Of a stretch of DNA of 64,000 nt, positions 47,901 through 62,415 are shown piece after piece. This DNA comes from Eledone cirrhosa (lineage: Eukaryota). The position numbers and the translations under genes are program-made. The notes below the pieces were generated by a model, which was not told where the DNA came from, made no database searches, and worked only from the letters and a program-made list of their open reading frames with translations. Positions within the stretch are counted from its first letter, which is position 1, and every line of letters starts with the position of its first letter. Location: NCBI GenBank assembly GCA_964016885.1, contig OZ024743.1, positions 32,178,001 through 32,242,000 of the forward strand. The letters run 5' to 3'.

Positions 47901-50339
47901 GTAAAATTCAACCCTTGCCATAGGCTGGTGTCTAGCTTTTTCATGATAGGACTGGTGTCCTCTATCTCTAAAACACTTAGGAACCCTCCTAAGATATGCA
48001 ATCTCATAAGTCAGTTAAACCTACATAAGTGTGAGCTGTAACAATAACAGCAACAACTCTTTTTCTTATTACATAACAAGGAAACAGTAAATTATCTGAC
48101 AAATTTGAATGACATACATTTCTTCTATAGATCTTGATTTCCTTTTAAAGTAAACCGAAAAACACAAAGCTTAAATGCTAAAGTGTTACAGAAATTCATA
48201 TTTTATATCATTGTTAAGTAACTATGATGCACAAATTAAATATTCTTTCCTGATACACAACTCCAATATCAGGTAAAATTTTTTGGGGTCAAATGTTGAA
48301 AATTAAGCTATATTTATCTGAACTTATTCAGTTTTGTTTAACAATGCAAATCCAAAGTAGAAAAAGCACACAAACTGTTTTGTTTTTTACCTGTTTACTC
48401 TCAGTTTAATGGGGATGGTTAACATTAGGGTGTCTATCATGTATTAATAATAAATTAATTAATTCAAACAAGCTTATGTATGAGAAAATTATTAAACTCA
48501 GATATTGTATGAGAAGTGTAATAAAATAGAGAAGCAAAATTACAAGTTTATTAATTAACAGCTGACAAAAATGATGTATGTCTGTTCATTTACTGTTGTC
48601 ATTTTATTTAATTATTATAATCTGTTTACTATAAGGAATATTGAATGTTGAAAGTATTCTGAGCTTTAGGTCATCATAAAGGTTGAAGGTAGTATAGTAC
48701 TTCAGTAATAGAACAAGTGTAGAATCATTAAATAGGAATGAAGAGATTGAAATCATTTAATTTAACCTTTTTAATACTAAACCAAAGGAAATTTCCCCAG
48801 GTTTTATGATACAAAACTGTTTGTTTCAAATGGTTTATATTTATCTAAAAACCTTCCATCATAATTCGGATGTTTATGTTCCAAACGCCACCTTAATAAA
48901 GAGAAAGTTAGTTATATCCCTTGAAGTTCTTGATTATTTTCAAAATTATTTGGAAATAATAGGCAGTGTTTTTCAAAAGAAATATGATAATGAAAGGGAA
49001 GAGTTCATATTAATAATACTAATAATGAAAATTATTGTGTACAGTGCTCAGGTTCACTACAACTCATTAAAGGTGCATGTATAGTACATAGAATAATGTA
49101 CAAATGTCAGGAAAGGGAACAGCATATGAGTCATGATATACACAGATATATGCATGCATGAGTGTGGAGGGGAAATATCAGGTGTAGTGACAGCGAATTT
49201 GGGGAAGCATGGAAGTTTTGAAGGATGCAAAAAGCTGAAACCATTTAGCACAGAACCTTAGAATATGCAAGACTCATAGCCTATGCTACTCTTACTACTA
49301 GATTAATCTAGCACTGGAAATGTAATTCAATGCTGCATCTAGTTCAATGTTGATTGAAATATTAACTTATCAGCTTATAACTATTCCAGGATAACAATTA
49401 GACATTATTTCATAATTACCAAAACAACACAAATTTTTTTTATATAATTTAATTTTTTTCTGGAAGGGCAGTCTCTCACATTAATATTAATTCCAAAGTT
49501 GAATTAAAATATGTTTTGCTATGTTGCTTTTAAAGTGTTAGCTTCCACTAAAATATTTCCTTGTATTCCATCACAATTAATCTAAAATCCCCTCTCAGAT
49601 AATATTCCTGAAGTGTTTTCTATTTCGTTCTTCAGATTTATTGAAATTTGATGGTTAAACAAATAGCTCTGGTTAAAAATCTTCAAATATTGAAATAAAA
49701 CAGAATAATTCTGTGGAAATTTCCTAGTTTTTACCAAAATCTTTACTGAAATATTCTTCACCAAAATTATCGTTCTTATTGAAAGGTATTAAAGAATTTC
49801 AGATTAAACCATTTTACTAAGACTTTTTATTATTATTAATCCGGGAATATTAACAGAAAAATTTGATTGATATGATATTAGATTCATACCAATTCTTTCT
49901 ATGTTTATTTCATGCAATGTCATTAGCAGAACTTAAGTTTAATCTTTTAGAAAGAGACAAGAAATTTGAGCAATGGTGCAGGCATAGCTATGCAGTTTAG
50001 AATTTTGCTTCACAACTACGATGTTCCAGATTCCATCAAAATGCATGGCACATTGGCCTTGTGTTTTCTACTGTAACCTTGGATTGACTGATGCCTTGTA
50101 AGTAGAAGACGATAGACAGAAACTATGTAGAAGCCCTTCATAAGTATACATATACATATATATGTTTTCTTATGTGTACAAATAGAATCTCACTGTCTGA
50201 ATATGTCAAGTGGAAAAAATCTTCAATATCCTTGCAATTTCAAGACCAATTTTTTCTTTAGGGGCATTCAGATATGAAACAACCTAGAGTGAGAAATCCT
50301 ATAGTCTAACCTGATCTAAGTTTTTTGGAACAATTTAAG

Positions 50340-50522
50340 ATAATTGTTTCTACCTTTGGCACAAGGCTAGCAATTATCCCAGTGTATTACTGGTACTTTA
50401 TTTTATCGACCCCGTAAGGATGAAAGGCAAAGTTAACCTCAGCGGGATTTGAACTCAGACCATAAAGGGCCGTAACTCATTGCTGCAAAGCATGGCGTCC
50501 GACTCTCTACCGATACTGCTAA
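50340..50522 (-). mobile_element. tRNA-derived SINE, main family; further pieces at about 37757-37835, 38370-38540, 43440-43510, 47040-47220 and 55165-55275
   Basis: Near-identical to 36490-36650. Confidence 0.85.
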
Positions 50523-50959
50523 TGGGAGTGGTCCGTGTTTGTAAGTCAACTTGGTGATAGTAGCAAACATTTCAATTTTATTTGATCTCCTAATCAGTGC
50601 ATATATATATTTAAATAATGTGTGTGTGTGTTTATTTTTTCCGGAGTAAATTATTGCTGAAATACATTCCTTTGTGTCATATGGATTACTTAGTGAGTTG
50701 ATACATAGAGATCAATAAAATAAGTGACAGGCTGAAATAATTACTGGTTGATACGATCAACCAAAACCCTTGAAGGTGATTCCCCAACAGAATCAAAATC
50801 TGATATTGAAGCCAATAAATAAATAGGAATGGAAAATGAGAATTTGAGATGTGAATGTCTTTCTCAAAATATTAGTAACATATGGCTTCATACAATAATC
50901 AAAATCAAATCATCAAAAGAATAACAAGAGACATATCATGTTATACTTTTGTTTGATGG

Positions 50960-52085
50960 GTAGCTCTGTGTGTGATATTGTGCATAGCAGTGTGTGTGTG
51001 TGTGATATTGTCCATAGCAGTGTGTGTGATATTGTGCATAGCAGTGTGTGTGATATTGTGCATAGCAGTGTGCATGCTATTGTGCATAGCAGGGTGTAAT
51101 GCAGTGTGTGTAATATGTTGCATAATAATACATAATGAAGAGCATAGCAGTGAATGATATGGTGTAGTATGTGATAAAGTGCATAGCACTGAGTGATATA
51201 TGTTGTAGCAGTGATGGATACATTGTATAGCTGTGTGTGGTAGGTTATGTTGCAGTGTATAGTACAGTGTGTGATATAGCATATGGCAGTATGTGATATG
51301 TTACATGATATTGTGGGATATGGTATATGGGGGAGAGGTATATATGTGAGATAAATTGTTTAGCAGTGTTTGATATGGTGCATAGTAGTGGATAATATGT
51401 TGTAGCAGCATGTGATATGTTGTGTAATGTTGTGCAGCTGATTGTGATATGGAGCTTAACAATGAGAGATATGGTGTGAGCATGTGTGATATGAAGTATA
51501 GCAATGAGAGATATAGTGTGACCGTGTGATATGAAGTATAGCAATGAGAGATATAGTGTGACCGTGTGATATGAGACAAAATAGTGAGAAATATGGTGTG
51601 AGCGTGTGTAATATGAGGCATAGTAGTGGGGGATATAGTGTGACAGTGTGTGATATGAAGCATAGCAGTGAGAGATATGGTGTGAGTGTGTGTGATATGA
51701 AGCATAGTAGTGAGATATATGAGGCATAGCAGTGAGGGATATGGTGTAACAGTATGTGATATGTGAGTAGCAGTGTATGGCAGTGTATGCTGCAATATTT
51801 AGCATTGTGTAATATGTTATGTAACAGTGTGTTATGATGTGCAATAGTAGTTTGTAATATAGAGCAGCAGTATGCATAATGTGAGCAAGCAGTGTATAAT
51901 ATATTGTATAGCAGTGTATAGTAGGATGTATGGCAGTGTATGCTGTTGTATTTAGGAGTGATTAATATGGAATGAATCTGTATTTGATGTGATGTGTTGT
52001 AGTGTGTAATATGGTGTGTAGCTGTAAATTGTACAGTATGAATCAAAATATATGGTGAAGAAACTGTAATATAATATGTTGTAGT
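50960..52085. repeat. Degenerate minisatellite (gtgtgatat...catagca)
   Basis: Direct reading; it gives rise to the His/Thr/Tyr-rich pseudo-ORFs. Confidence 0.85.
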
Positions 52086-52209
52086 GAAATAAATTGGTTT
52101 AAAATGTTAATATAGAATTACATCATTTGACATGTCCTATACCCAAATATAGTCTTCTGGTAAAGTTTTTTTTTTTTTAACAGACAGATATATATATATA
52201 GAGATGAAT

Positions 52210-53157
52210 TTGCAGAAAATGTTCAGCTTCTTGTTGCCTTGATGTCTCTATACGAATGCCTGAGTATTTGTGTTCAGATAAATGGTACTAAATCAAATCC
52301 ATTCAATATGGAAGATGACATGGTGTTACCTAACTCGGCAAAAGGTGATCTCTGACTTGCACTTGATAGAATTGATGTTGAATGCTGCATGACAGGAATG
52401 GAAATCAGTGCTGTGAAAACTGGGACACTCGTACAGCACTCTACAGATGAATGGAGTTCCATTGAAGCAGGTGGAGAAGTTCAAGTATTTAAGGGCCATG
52501 TTCATGAGTAATGGAAGGCAGGAGGCTGAATTTAGTGCAAGAATTGTCAAAGCTGTTGTAGAAATGTGCCAGCTTCAGCATTCAGTAATCAGAAGAGATG
52601 TAAGTGTAAAAACCAAACTTGCTATCTTCAGTTCCGTATTCATGCCAACCGTTACCTATGGTCATAAATCTTGGATAATGACTGAAAGAATACGATCGTG
52701 AATATAAGCAGCTGAAATGGGGTTCCTCCAAAGGGTCTTTGGAGTAACGTTACTCACTAGAGTGCATAGCTTGGAGTTCAAAGAGTCACTCCAGGTAGAG
52801 GTGCTACTTCTTGAAATTGAAAGATCACAGCTCTGGTTTTATGGGCATGTGGTTAGAATGTCACAGGAAAGAAACACTGGACAGAATTTATTAGCAAAAC
52901 CAACTGGCAGGAGATCCAGAGGTAGCCCCCGAGCGGGGTGGCTGGATAACATCCATGAGCTCAGCTGGCATCACTTGGGGATCCAACCAGATCCGTTGGA
53001 AATGGTTGTTTCTCACAGGACCCACTGGACTCTACCCTCATGACCCTCTCAGGAAGAAGAAGAAGAAGAAGAAGAAGAAGAAGAAGAAGAAGAAGAAGAA
53101 GAAGAAGAAGAAGAAGAAGAAGAAGAAGAAGAAGAAGAAGAAGAAGAAGAAGAAGAA
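52210..53157 (+). mobile_element. Decayed RTE LINE 3' part with (AAG)n tail
   Basis: NGVPLKQVEKFKYL...PTVTYGHKSW...IERSQLWFYGHVVRM...GRRSRGSPRAGW. Confidence 0.9.
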
Positions 53158-53739
53158 ATCAGCTTTAATATATACATGGTACTTATTTTGTGGATTCCAA
53201 ATAGATTAAAAAGAAAATGGGTTTCAGCCTATTAAGTGTAGGAATGGAATGGACCTCTATCAGTTTTCATAATGAGAGTTCCAGTTGTTTGATCAATGGA
53301 ACAGCTAGCTTTTGAAATTAACATGCAAGTGGCAGTGAATTTCACAGTGATGCCGGCCCTGAATATAATTCGCATGAAGATTCAGCATGACAGTACATGA
53401 CAAAGCTAGCCCTTTGAAGTATAGGTACAATTTTAATTACAAGACTTGAATTGATCCCAGGCCTTAGTAAATCACAATTTCTCAATATACCATACAATGG
53501 CTTTAAACTTCTTAACCATTCAGGAATGTTAAATCCACAATAAATGTAGAGAGATAAAACTAAACACATTTTACTGTTGAGTCTGATATTTTACCAGTTT
53601 GCTACTCCAGGTCACCAATTCTGCCATTCATTCACCTTTAATTTGGTATAAGGTTACTGCATCTACCTCTTATCTACCTTCAATTTTACAACTAACATTG
53701 ACACAGGTTTATAAATTTTGACAATATAGGTGTATAGCC

Positions 53740-54230
53740 TTCTTCTTCTTCTTCTTCTTCTTCTTCTTCTTCTTCTTCTTCTTCTTCTTCTTCTTCTTCT
53801 TCTTCTTCTTCTTCTTCTTCTTCTTCTTCTTCTTCTTCTTCTTCTTCTTCTTCTTCTTCTTCTTCTTCTTCTTCTTCTTCTTCTTCTTCTTCTTCTTCTT
53901 CTTCTTCTTCTTCTTCTTCTTCTTCTTCTTCTTCTTCTTCTTCTTCTTGAGAGGGTTGTGGGGCAGAGTCCTGTCAGAAGCAACCATCTTCAACTGATCC
54001 GACTGGATCCTCAAGCCAGATCAGCCAAGCTCATGGCTGTTAACCAACCATCTTGCTCTGGTTCTACTCCTGGGTCTTCTGCTGGCTGGTTTTGCCCATA
54101 AAATCTATCTAGCAATTCTTTCCTGAGACATTCTAACCACATACCCATAGAGCTGAGATCTCTCAATTCAGAGAAGTAGCAGCTCTACCTAGAGTGACTC
54201 TGTAATCTCTGAGCTACGCACTTTATCGAT
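53740..54230 (-). mobile_element. RTE 3' end of the same family with a long (AAG)n tail
   Basis: Homologous to 35670-35970; about 210 bp of pure (CTT)n. Confidence 0.85.
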
Positions 54231-55448
54231 ATTGGTGTATTCAGATAATTTAAGTTCATGTCTGACACTGACAAAGAAAACTTCTTAACTCTTAAGGCTC
54301 TTTAATAATTTAGAAGAAAATATCTAAAAACTAGTTTGTTAAATCAAATTTTTATAGTATCTTTAATAGGGGACAGATTGATATGAAAGTTTGTAACAAA
54401 ACTAAAGTAAAGTCTTTAATTGTTAATGTAATTGAGTCCTAGTACTGTTTTGTTCTTTCCAAGAATGTCTTGCAAATGTGGTTCCATGTGGTTCAGGATG
54501 TTAAGAGTTAATCAATCAGGAATAAATTATCCAATGTCCAGTTTTATGTGATTCAAGGAAGATTTGTCTGCAATTACTAGCACAGTAAGTGACTTCATGG
54601 AGGTAATTGTTACTGCTGCTGTTACTACTGATGATATTATTCGTTATTTATTGTATTAACTATTTCCCAGTAGATTTGATTCAATCACTAATACACTTGT
54701 GGAAATGGATTGCATTATATCTAACATTATTCATTTCTGGTGTATATAGGATGCTAATATATATGTGAGGATGGGGGCTGTTGTGATTTCATGACAAAAA
54801 TTGTGATACTACTGCAGGTAATAATTATGGTGACACTGAGGATTATAGTTGTAGTAATTGTGAAATAATTAATCATCATCATCATCATATAATGTCCATT
54901 TTCCATGCTAGCATGGGTATGATGGGCTGACTCTTTGTGAGAGATCAGCTTGGAAGACCATTTTGCTCACACAGAATTGATTTGGGCTTGGTTTCTACAG
55001 CTTGATGCCCTTCCTAATGCCAACCACATTTACTGTGGTTGCTTTTTGTCGTGACACCTACACAACCACTTTACAGTGTGATTAGGCTCTTTTGTTGCTA
55101 ATGATTTTATTAACGGTAATGATAAATTTTTAATATAAGCAGATAGAGGAAATGCTTTCTTAATAACTGTTTTTACTTTTGGAACAAGGCCAGCAAATAC
55201 CCCCAGTGCATTACTGGTACTTTATTTTATCAACCTTATAAGGATGAAAGACAAAGTTAACTTCAGCAGGATTTGCCATATACAAAGTCCATCTTTTCCA
55301 TTGGCCTGTTGCAACTCTACTATATCTTTTGTGCATCCATAAATTACACTGTAAGCACTCATTCTCACATACTTTCCTGATAGTCCTCTTTCCTACTTAT
55401 TAACACTTTCATCTTTGCTAAGTTTACTTATATTTACTATTATGCAAT

Positions 55449-55510
55449 AAACACCTGATGATGTCACCAGGAACTTACGGAACCTGGCCACTGAAATGTA
55501 CATAGTGTTT
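55449..55510 (+). ncRNA. Type I HHR with long stem II and palindromic stem III
   Basis: aaacac-CTGATGA-tgtca ccagg..cctgg ccact-GAAA-tgtaca-TA-gtgttt, followed by AATAAA and (TA)n. Confidence 0.8.
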
Positions 55511-55531
55511 GCTATAATAAATCTTTGAAAG

Positions 55532-55570
<39 letters not shown>

Positions 55571-55580
55571 TGTGTATATA

Positions 55581-55667
<87 letters not shown>

Positions 55668-55973
55668 TTAGAGTGTTCAGTTAATCATTCTGACCAGACC
55701 GACCTACAATAGATAACCATCCAACATATACAGCCACCCAACAAATGTGATAGTTACCTTTAACTATTTAAGTGTCTATGTTTATCTATTGATCTAATTT
55801 TCAGTAGAAAATGTTATCTTCGACACCATTGCCTTCTTTTACTCTGACACTTTGTCCACCTATCAGCAAAACCTTTCAATTTGTGTGTTATTATTCTTCA
55901 AAATATTCAATACTCATACATGGATAAAAACGTTTGCATCCACACGTATGTACATATACATATACATTATATA

Positions 55974-56033
<60 letters not shown>

Positions 56034-56113
56034 AAGAGAGAGAGGTGAATATGTGTGTTTTACTTTGTGTGCATATGTACACATTCATGCACACACGGAC
56101 AGATAATTATGTC

Positions 56114-56216
<103 letters not shown>

Positions 56217-56469
56217 ATATATATATATGTACACATACGTATGTATATATATATATATGTACACATATATATATATATATATGTATGTGTACATATATAT
56301 ATATATGTATGAATTTGTGTTTATGTGTGTATATGTGTATGTACATATACATATGTGTGAATTTGCATTTATGTGTGTATATGTGTGTGTGTATATGCAT
56401 AGAGATATAGATACACATACATACTTACAAATGGGAACATACATGCCCACAAAAACAGATATGAAGACA

Positions 56470-56723
56470 CCTACACACATACATACATGTATACATACAT
56501 ATATACATACACACACACATACATGCACACACATATATATGCACATACATGCATACACACATACTTGCATATATACACACATGCATACACACACATGCAT
56601 ACACACACATGCATACACACATGCATACATACATACATACATACATACATACATACGTACGTACATACATACACACATACATACACACACACACACATAC
56701 ATACACATACATACATACATACA

Positions 56724-56754
<31 letters not shown>

Positions 56755-57125
56755 GTACGTACATACATACATACATACATACACACATACATACACACAT
56801 ACATACACACATACATACACGCATACATACACAAACACATACATACACACATATACACATGCATACATACATACACACATACATACATACACACATATAC
56901 ACATGCATACATAAACACATACATACATACACACACATACATACATACATACATACACACACATACATACATACATACATACATACACACACACATACAT
57001 ACATACATACATACATACACACATACATACATACACACACATACATACATACATACATACACACACACACGCATACATACATACATACATACATACATAC
57101 ATACATACATACATACATACATACA

Positions 57126-57156
<31 letters not shown>

Positions 57157-57545
57157 GTACGTACATACATACATACATACATACACACATACATACACAC
57201 ATACATACACACATACATACACGCATACATACACAAACACATACATACACACATATACACATGCATACATACATACACACATACATACATACACACATAT
57301 ACACATGCATACATAAACACATACATACATACACACACATACATACATACATACATACACACACATACATACATACATACATACATACACACACACATAC
57401 ATACATACATACATACATACACACATACATACATACACACACATACATACATACATACATACACACACACACGCATACATACATACATACATACATACAT
57501 ACATACATACATACATACATACATACATACATACATACATACATA
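56470..57545. repeat. (CATA)/(CA) compound microsatellite with a higher-order duplication of about 402 bp
   Basis: The marker atatgtacgt at 56751 and 57153 is followed by the same variant series. Confidence 0.85.
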
Positions 57546-57789
57546 GAAGCTGACATAACTTTTCATTCTTCAAGAATAATCAATAGTGGAAAAGATCAGA
57601 GATCAAGAAAGTTTACCAGAAATTGTTGTTCTGTTTTCAGTGTTGTCTGTTTTCAGTGTTGTCTGTTTGAGTGTTGACTGTTCAATGTTACACATTGAAG
57701 CAGTATTTCAGCTAGATAGAAGCTGTACTCTGTAAGACATAGCATATTAGACATGGCATCTCAGAGAATAAAAGAGAAGGCAGTATAGA

Positions 57790-58710
57790 TGTAGCATCAT
57801 CATAGACATACCATCATCTTAGTCATAAAATCATCATAGACATACCATCATCTTAGTCATAAAATCATCATAGACATAACATCATCTTAGTCATAAAATC
57901 ATCATAGACCTAGCATCGTCATAGTGATAGCACCATCACAGACATCATCATATGCATAGCACCATCACAGACATAAAATCATTATTGTGATAATATCATC
58001 ATAGACATACCATCATCTTAGTCATAAAATCATCATAGACATAGCATCATCTTAGTCATAAAATCATCATAGACATAGCATCATCTTAGTCATAAAATCA
58101 TCATAGACATAGCATCATCTTAGTCATAAAATCATCATAGACATAGCACCATCACAGACATAACATCATCATAGTCATAATATCAGTATAGACATAGCAT
58201 CATCATAGTGATAGCACCATCACAGACATCATCATATACATAGTACCATTACAGACATAAATTCATTATACACATAGCATCATCATTGTGATAATATCAT
58301 CATAGACATTGCATCATCATAGTCATAAATCCATTGTAGACATAGCATCATCATAGTCATAATATCAGCATAGAGATAGCATCATCATAGTCATAAATTC
58401 ATCATAGATATAGCATCGTCATAGTCATAAATTCATCATAGATATAGCATCGTCATAGTCATAAATTCATCATAGATATAGCATCATCATAGTCATAATA
58501 TCATCATAAACATGGCATCATCATGGTCATAATATCATCATAAACATGGCATCATTATACACAGGGCATCCTCATAAGAATAGCACCATCGTAGACATAG
58601 CACTATCATAGACATAGAATCATCATAGACATAGCACTATCATATACATGGGGACATAATAGAGATAGCATTATCATAGATATGTCATCATTATCATCAT
58701 CATAGACTTT
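57790..58710. repeat. Minisatellite of about 17/34 bp (catcatagacatagcatcatc..agtcataaaat)
   Basis: Direct reading. Confidence 0.9.
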
Positions 58711-59053
58711 ATATTATTATAAACACAGAAGGACAACATTCTGGCAATCTACCAAATAGAAACAAATACCAACAACAATTACAATACAAAGAAATACTTT
58801 AGGACAGGACATTGACTGAAAGGATTTAGTTTATATATGTATGTGTGTCTGCATACAGGTGCATATGTATATCCATGCTGATATTATGACTATGATGATG
58901 CTATGTCTACGATGAATTTATGACTATGATGATGCAATGTCTATGATGATATTATCACAATTATGATGCTATGTATATAATGAATTTATGTCTGTAATGG
59001 TACTATGTATATGATGATGTCTGTGATGGTGCTATCACTATGATGATGCTATG

Positions 59054-60188
59054 TAGGAAAGGTGTAGGTAGGAACTGTATGTAGGAAAGGGGTAGGTAGG
59101 AACCAGAAAACAGAACCCAGATCCCCTCAGGGAAATGGCCTTGCTCAGTATGTAGGAAAGGTGTAGGTAGGAACTCCATTCTCTGCCCCAAATGCAAACA
59201 ATGGGTACACAAGAGATGTAGCGGGATCTCAGGAAGCTTAATTAAGAATGTAGGCTTCACATGCAGCAGCTGTGATGAGACAGCAAGCAGCAAACAGCCA
59301 CAGGAAACAAGTACCACCAATCTCTGGGAGGGCTCTGTAGAAACAGTAGACAGCTTCTGCTACCTAGGTGACCGAATTAGCAGCGGAGGTGGGTGTTCAG
59401 AAAGTACAATAACTAGGGTAAGAACGGGATGGAAGAAGTTTAGGGAATTACTACCACTGCTAGCTGCAAAAGGCTTCTCCCTCAGAATGAAAGGCAGACT
59501 GTATGATGCATGTATCCGAACAGCAATGTTACATGGTAGTGACACCTGGGCGCTGAAGGGGGAAGACTTACGTAGATTAGAGAGAAATGAAGCCTGCATG
59601 CTCTGATGGATGTGTAACAGTAATATATGTGAACGACAAAGCATAAATGAATTGAGAGAGAGACTGAACATAAGAGGAATCAAATGTTGTGTGCAGGAGA
59701 GGCGGTTGCGCTGGTATGGACATGTGATGCGTATGAAGGATGACAGCTGCATAAAAAGGTGCAGAGCACTAGAAGTTGATGGAAACCGCAGAGTGGGGAG
59801 ACCCAAGATGACCTGGGATGAGGTGATAAAAGCCGACCTTACTCAATTACACCTCTCAAAGGCAATGACACATGACCGTGACTTCTGGCGTCATGCAGCA
59901 ATACAGAGTACCCGACCTCCCATGTGTACAAGCTGAAGCATATAGACAATATGCCCCCACTCCCCCCACTGCAAGGTGGTCGTGGAGGTGCCACGGCAAA
60001 AAAGCACCCAGCCCACACTGTAAATGAGGTTGGTGTTAAGAAGGGCATCCAGCTGTAGAAATCAAGCCAAATCAGTTCCTGTATGAGCAAGGCATGGTCA
60101 GCCGACAAGACACTGCCCACAACAGGACAACCTGTCTAACCCATGCTAGCGTGGAAGAACGGACGTAAAACGGTGATGATGATGATGA
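59054..60188 (+). mobile_element. RTE LINE 3' fragment with (GAT)n tail, same family as 24528-25618
   Basis: GKWPCSVCRKGVGRNSILCPKCKQWVHKRCSG...FCYLGD...RRLRWYGHV...GRPKMTW. Confidence 0.9.
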
Positions 60189-61367
60189 TATATATATATA
60201 TATATATACATGTAAATATATATATATATATATATATATAGATATATATATATATAGATATATATATATACATACATACATTCAAATATATATATATATA
60301 CACACACATACATACACACATACATACATTCATACATACATACACATACATACATATACATACATACATACATACATTCATATATATATATATATATGTA
60401 TGTATTCAATAATACAATTTTAAAATTAAAGAAAAAAAAATGAAAATAATAAAAAAAGAAGAAATTGGAAAAATCAAATCTAAACGAAGAAAAATTGATA
60501 AACTGAAGAAAATAGTAAAGAAGATTTGAAGAAAAATTGAAGAAAATGAAGAATAACTGGGGAAAAAATATTTTTTAAGCAAGAAAAACTTCTTTTCAAA
60601 TGAAGAGAAAAAAATATACTGTCAAATCTACTTAGTAACCATGTAATAACATTGTAAAAACATTTGCAGAAAATATTTTTATTTGTTTGGGTTTGTTCGT
60701 TTTTTTTGTCATTTTATTTTGAGTTATTGTGTTTATCATATTTATATTTCCTCTGTGCAACACTTTGATAGCATTATAAAAGTATTGTAGTATAGTTAGA
60801 GATAAAAGTTCTCCTATCTGACACACAGGAGTGGGTCAGGTGTGATAAATTGAGTCACTCAGTCAGTCAGGATTTTGTGGAGAAGATTGCATGTTGGAAG
60901 ATGGTATGAAAATATTAACGTAAAATCATGAAGATGTTAGTGTTGATATGTGTCTACGCACACACATACACACACAAACAGACAGACACACATATGTGCA
61001 TATATATGCGCATATATAAATATGCATATATATCATTTCATTTCATTTTACGTCCGCTTTTCCCTGCTTGCAAGGGTGGGACGGGAACTGATTCTGGCTT
61101 GATTTCTACAGCTGGATGCCCTTCCTAACACCAACCTCATTTACAGTGAGTGCTGGGTGCTTTTTGGCCGTGGCACCTCCACGACCACTTTGCAGTGGAA
61201 TGATATGGACCCCAGCCCCTATCATCTCATTTCTACAGCTGAGTAAACTGGAGCAGGAAACAACACATCACCCGGTCTGAGAATTGAACTCACAACCTTT
61301 CGATTGCAAGCCCAATGCTCTAACCACTAAGCCATGTGCCTCCATGCATATATATATGTATATATAA

Positions 61368-61878
61368 TGATGGCTGCAACTTGATTTTGAGTAATGCCAT
61401 CGCTTGATACTTAAGCTTGAGCATCACGGACATGGCTTTTTAGTCCTGCTAGAGACTTGCATATGGCCATCAATACCATGCATCACAAAGAATGTCACAT
61501 ATCAAACGATGCCTGTGCTTGAAGCTTTTTTAAGCGAGGAATGGCTTTGCACAGGGCCAATCCCACTCTCAGAACATTTAATGCATTTGCCCAAAAAGAA
61601 AAACTGGTCTACATCATTTGATGCAAATGAAGTCAAAGGTTTTATATCAGAGTGACCTTCTCCTAGAGAGATGTCTTAATGAAGACTAGGAGTCTTTCGC
61701 TACCAGTAACATGTAACCCAGTACAACCTGTTCATGGTCGTTTCATTGGTGACTAAACCTGCAAACCCACCAAGCTTGCTTGGTGAGGAGGGTGATTTTC
61801 GACACCCAACAGGATGGGAAAAAAAATATACCATCAAAGGGCGGAAGAACTCAGGAGAGTTAGCAGCCATCCAATAAA
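61368..61878. mobile_element. Bipartite RTE-derived element with its 5' module inverted
   Basis: 61368-61699 matches 21057-21385; 61700-61878 is the reverse complement of the module at 19740-19915. Confidence 0.7.
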
Positions 61879-62212
61879 ATTGTTTATATATATATATAAA
61901 TGTGCAGAAAGTTCAGTAAAGAAACCTGGTGAGAGAACCAAAGTCAGTACTTAATGCAGAGCAGAGTGTATATAATAAGAACAAAGTGGAGATGTTACGT
62001 GGGGGATTTATTGCCCAATCCTGGTTACAAATGTTTCTCAAGCAGCTGGCTTGTGATCTGGGTTGGCCCCTCAGACCAGACTCCAAGTCTGTCTGATCCT
62101 CAGACCAGTTTAACACAACAAAAATCACATCAAATCTGTGGATGAACCAGCCAGACACAAACAAGCATATAGATTGACCAAACACGAGCCTAGAATTCAA
62201 CGGACGCACTTA

Positions 62213-62415
62213 TCTATATATAAAAGCGATGATGATGATGATATATATATATGTATATATATATGTAAGAAGCTTAAAACTAGTACATCGTTCCTGTGTC
62301 AGTGTTGAACAAAAAGGTGACGTGGTTGCCTTAACACCGTACGGCATAAATTCAGGCTGTCAGTTTGTTTACAAACGGACAAAGCGGGCGTTATAATAAA
62401 CGTCCGCTAAACTGA
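62213..62415 (+). mobile_element. Possible non-autonomous Helitron
   Basis: A|TCTATATATAAAAG start, subterminal hairpin gcgggcgtt/aacgtccgc, then CTGA|T (an imperfect CTRR end). Confidence 0.45.

Noticed and set aside
47420-49800. Host exons in the AT-rich unique-looking region
   Set aside because: Short ORFs with no recognizable domain or convincing splice structure
50941-52046. His/Thr/Tyr-rich ORFs
   Set aside because: Minisatellite open in several frames with no sign of a real gene
53663-54101. Poly-K, poly-R and poly-L ORFs
   Set aside because: (CTT)n LINE tail
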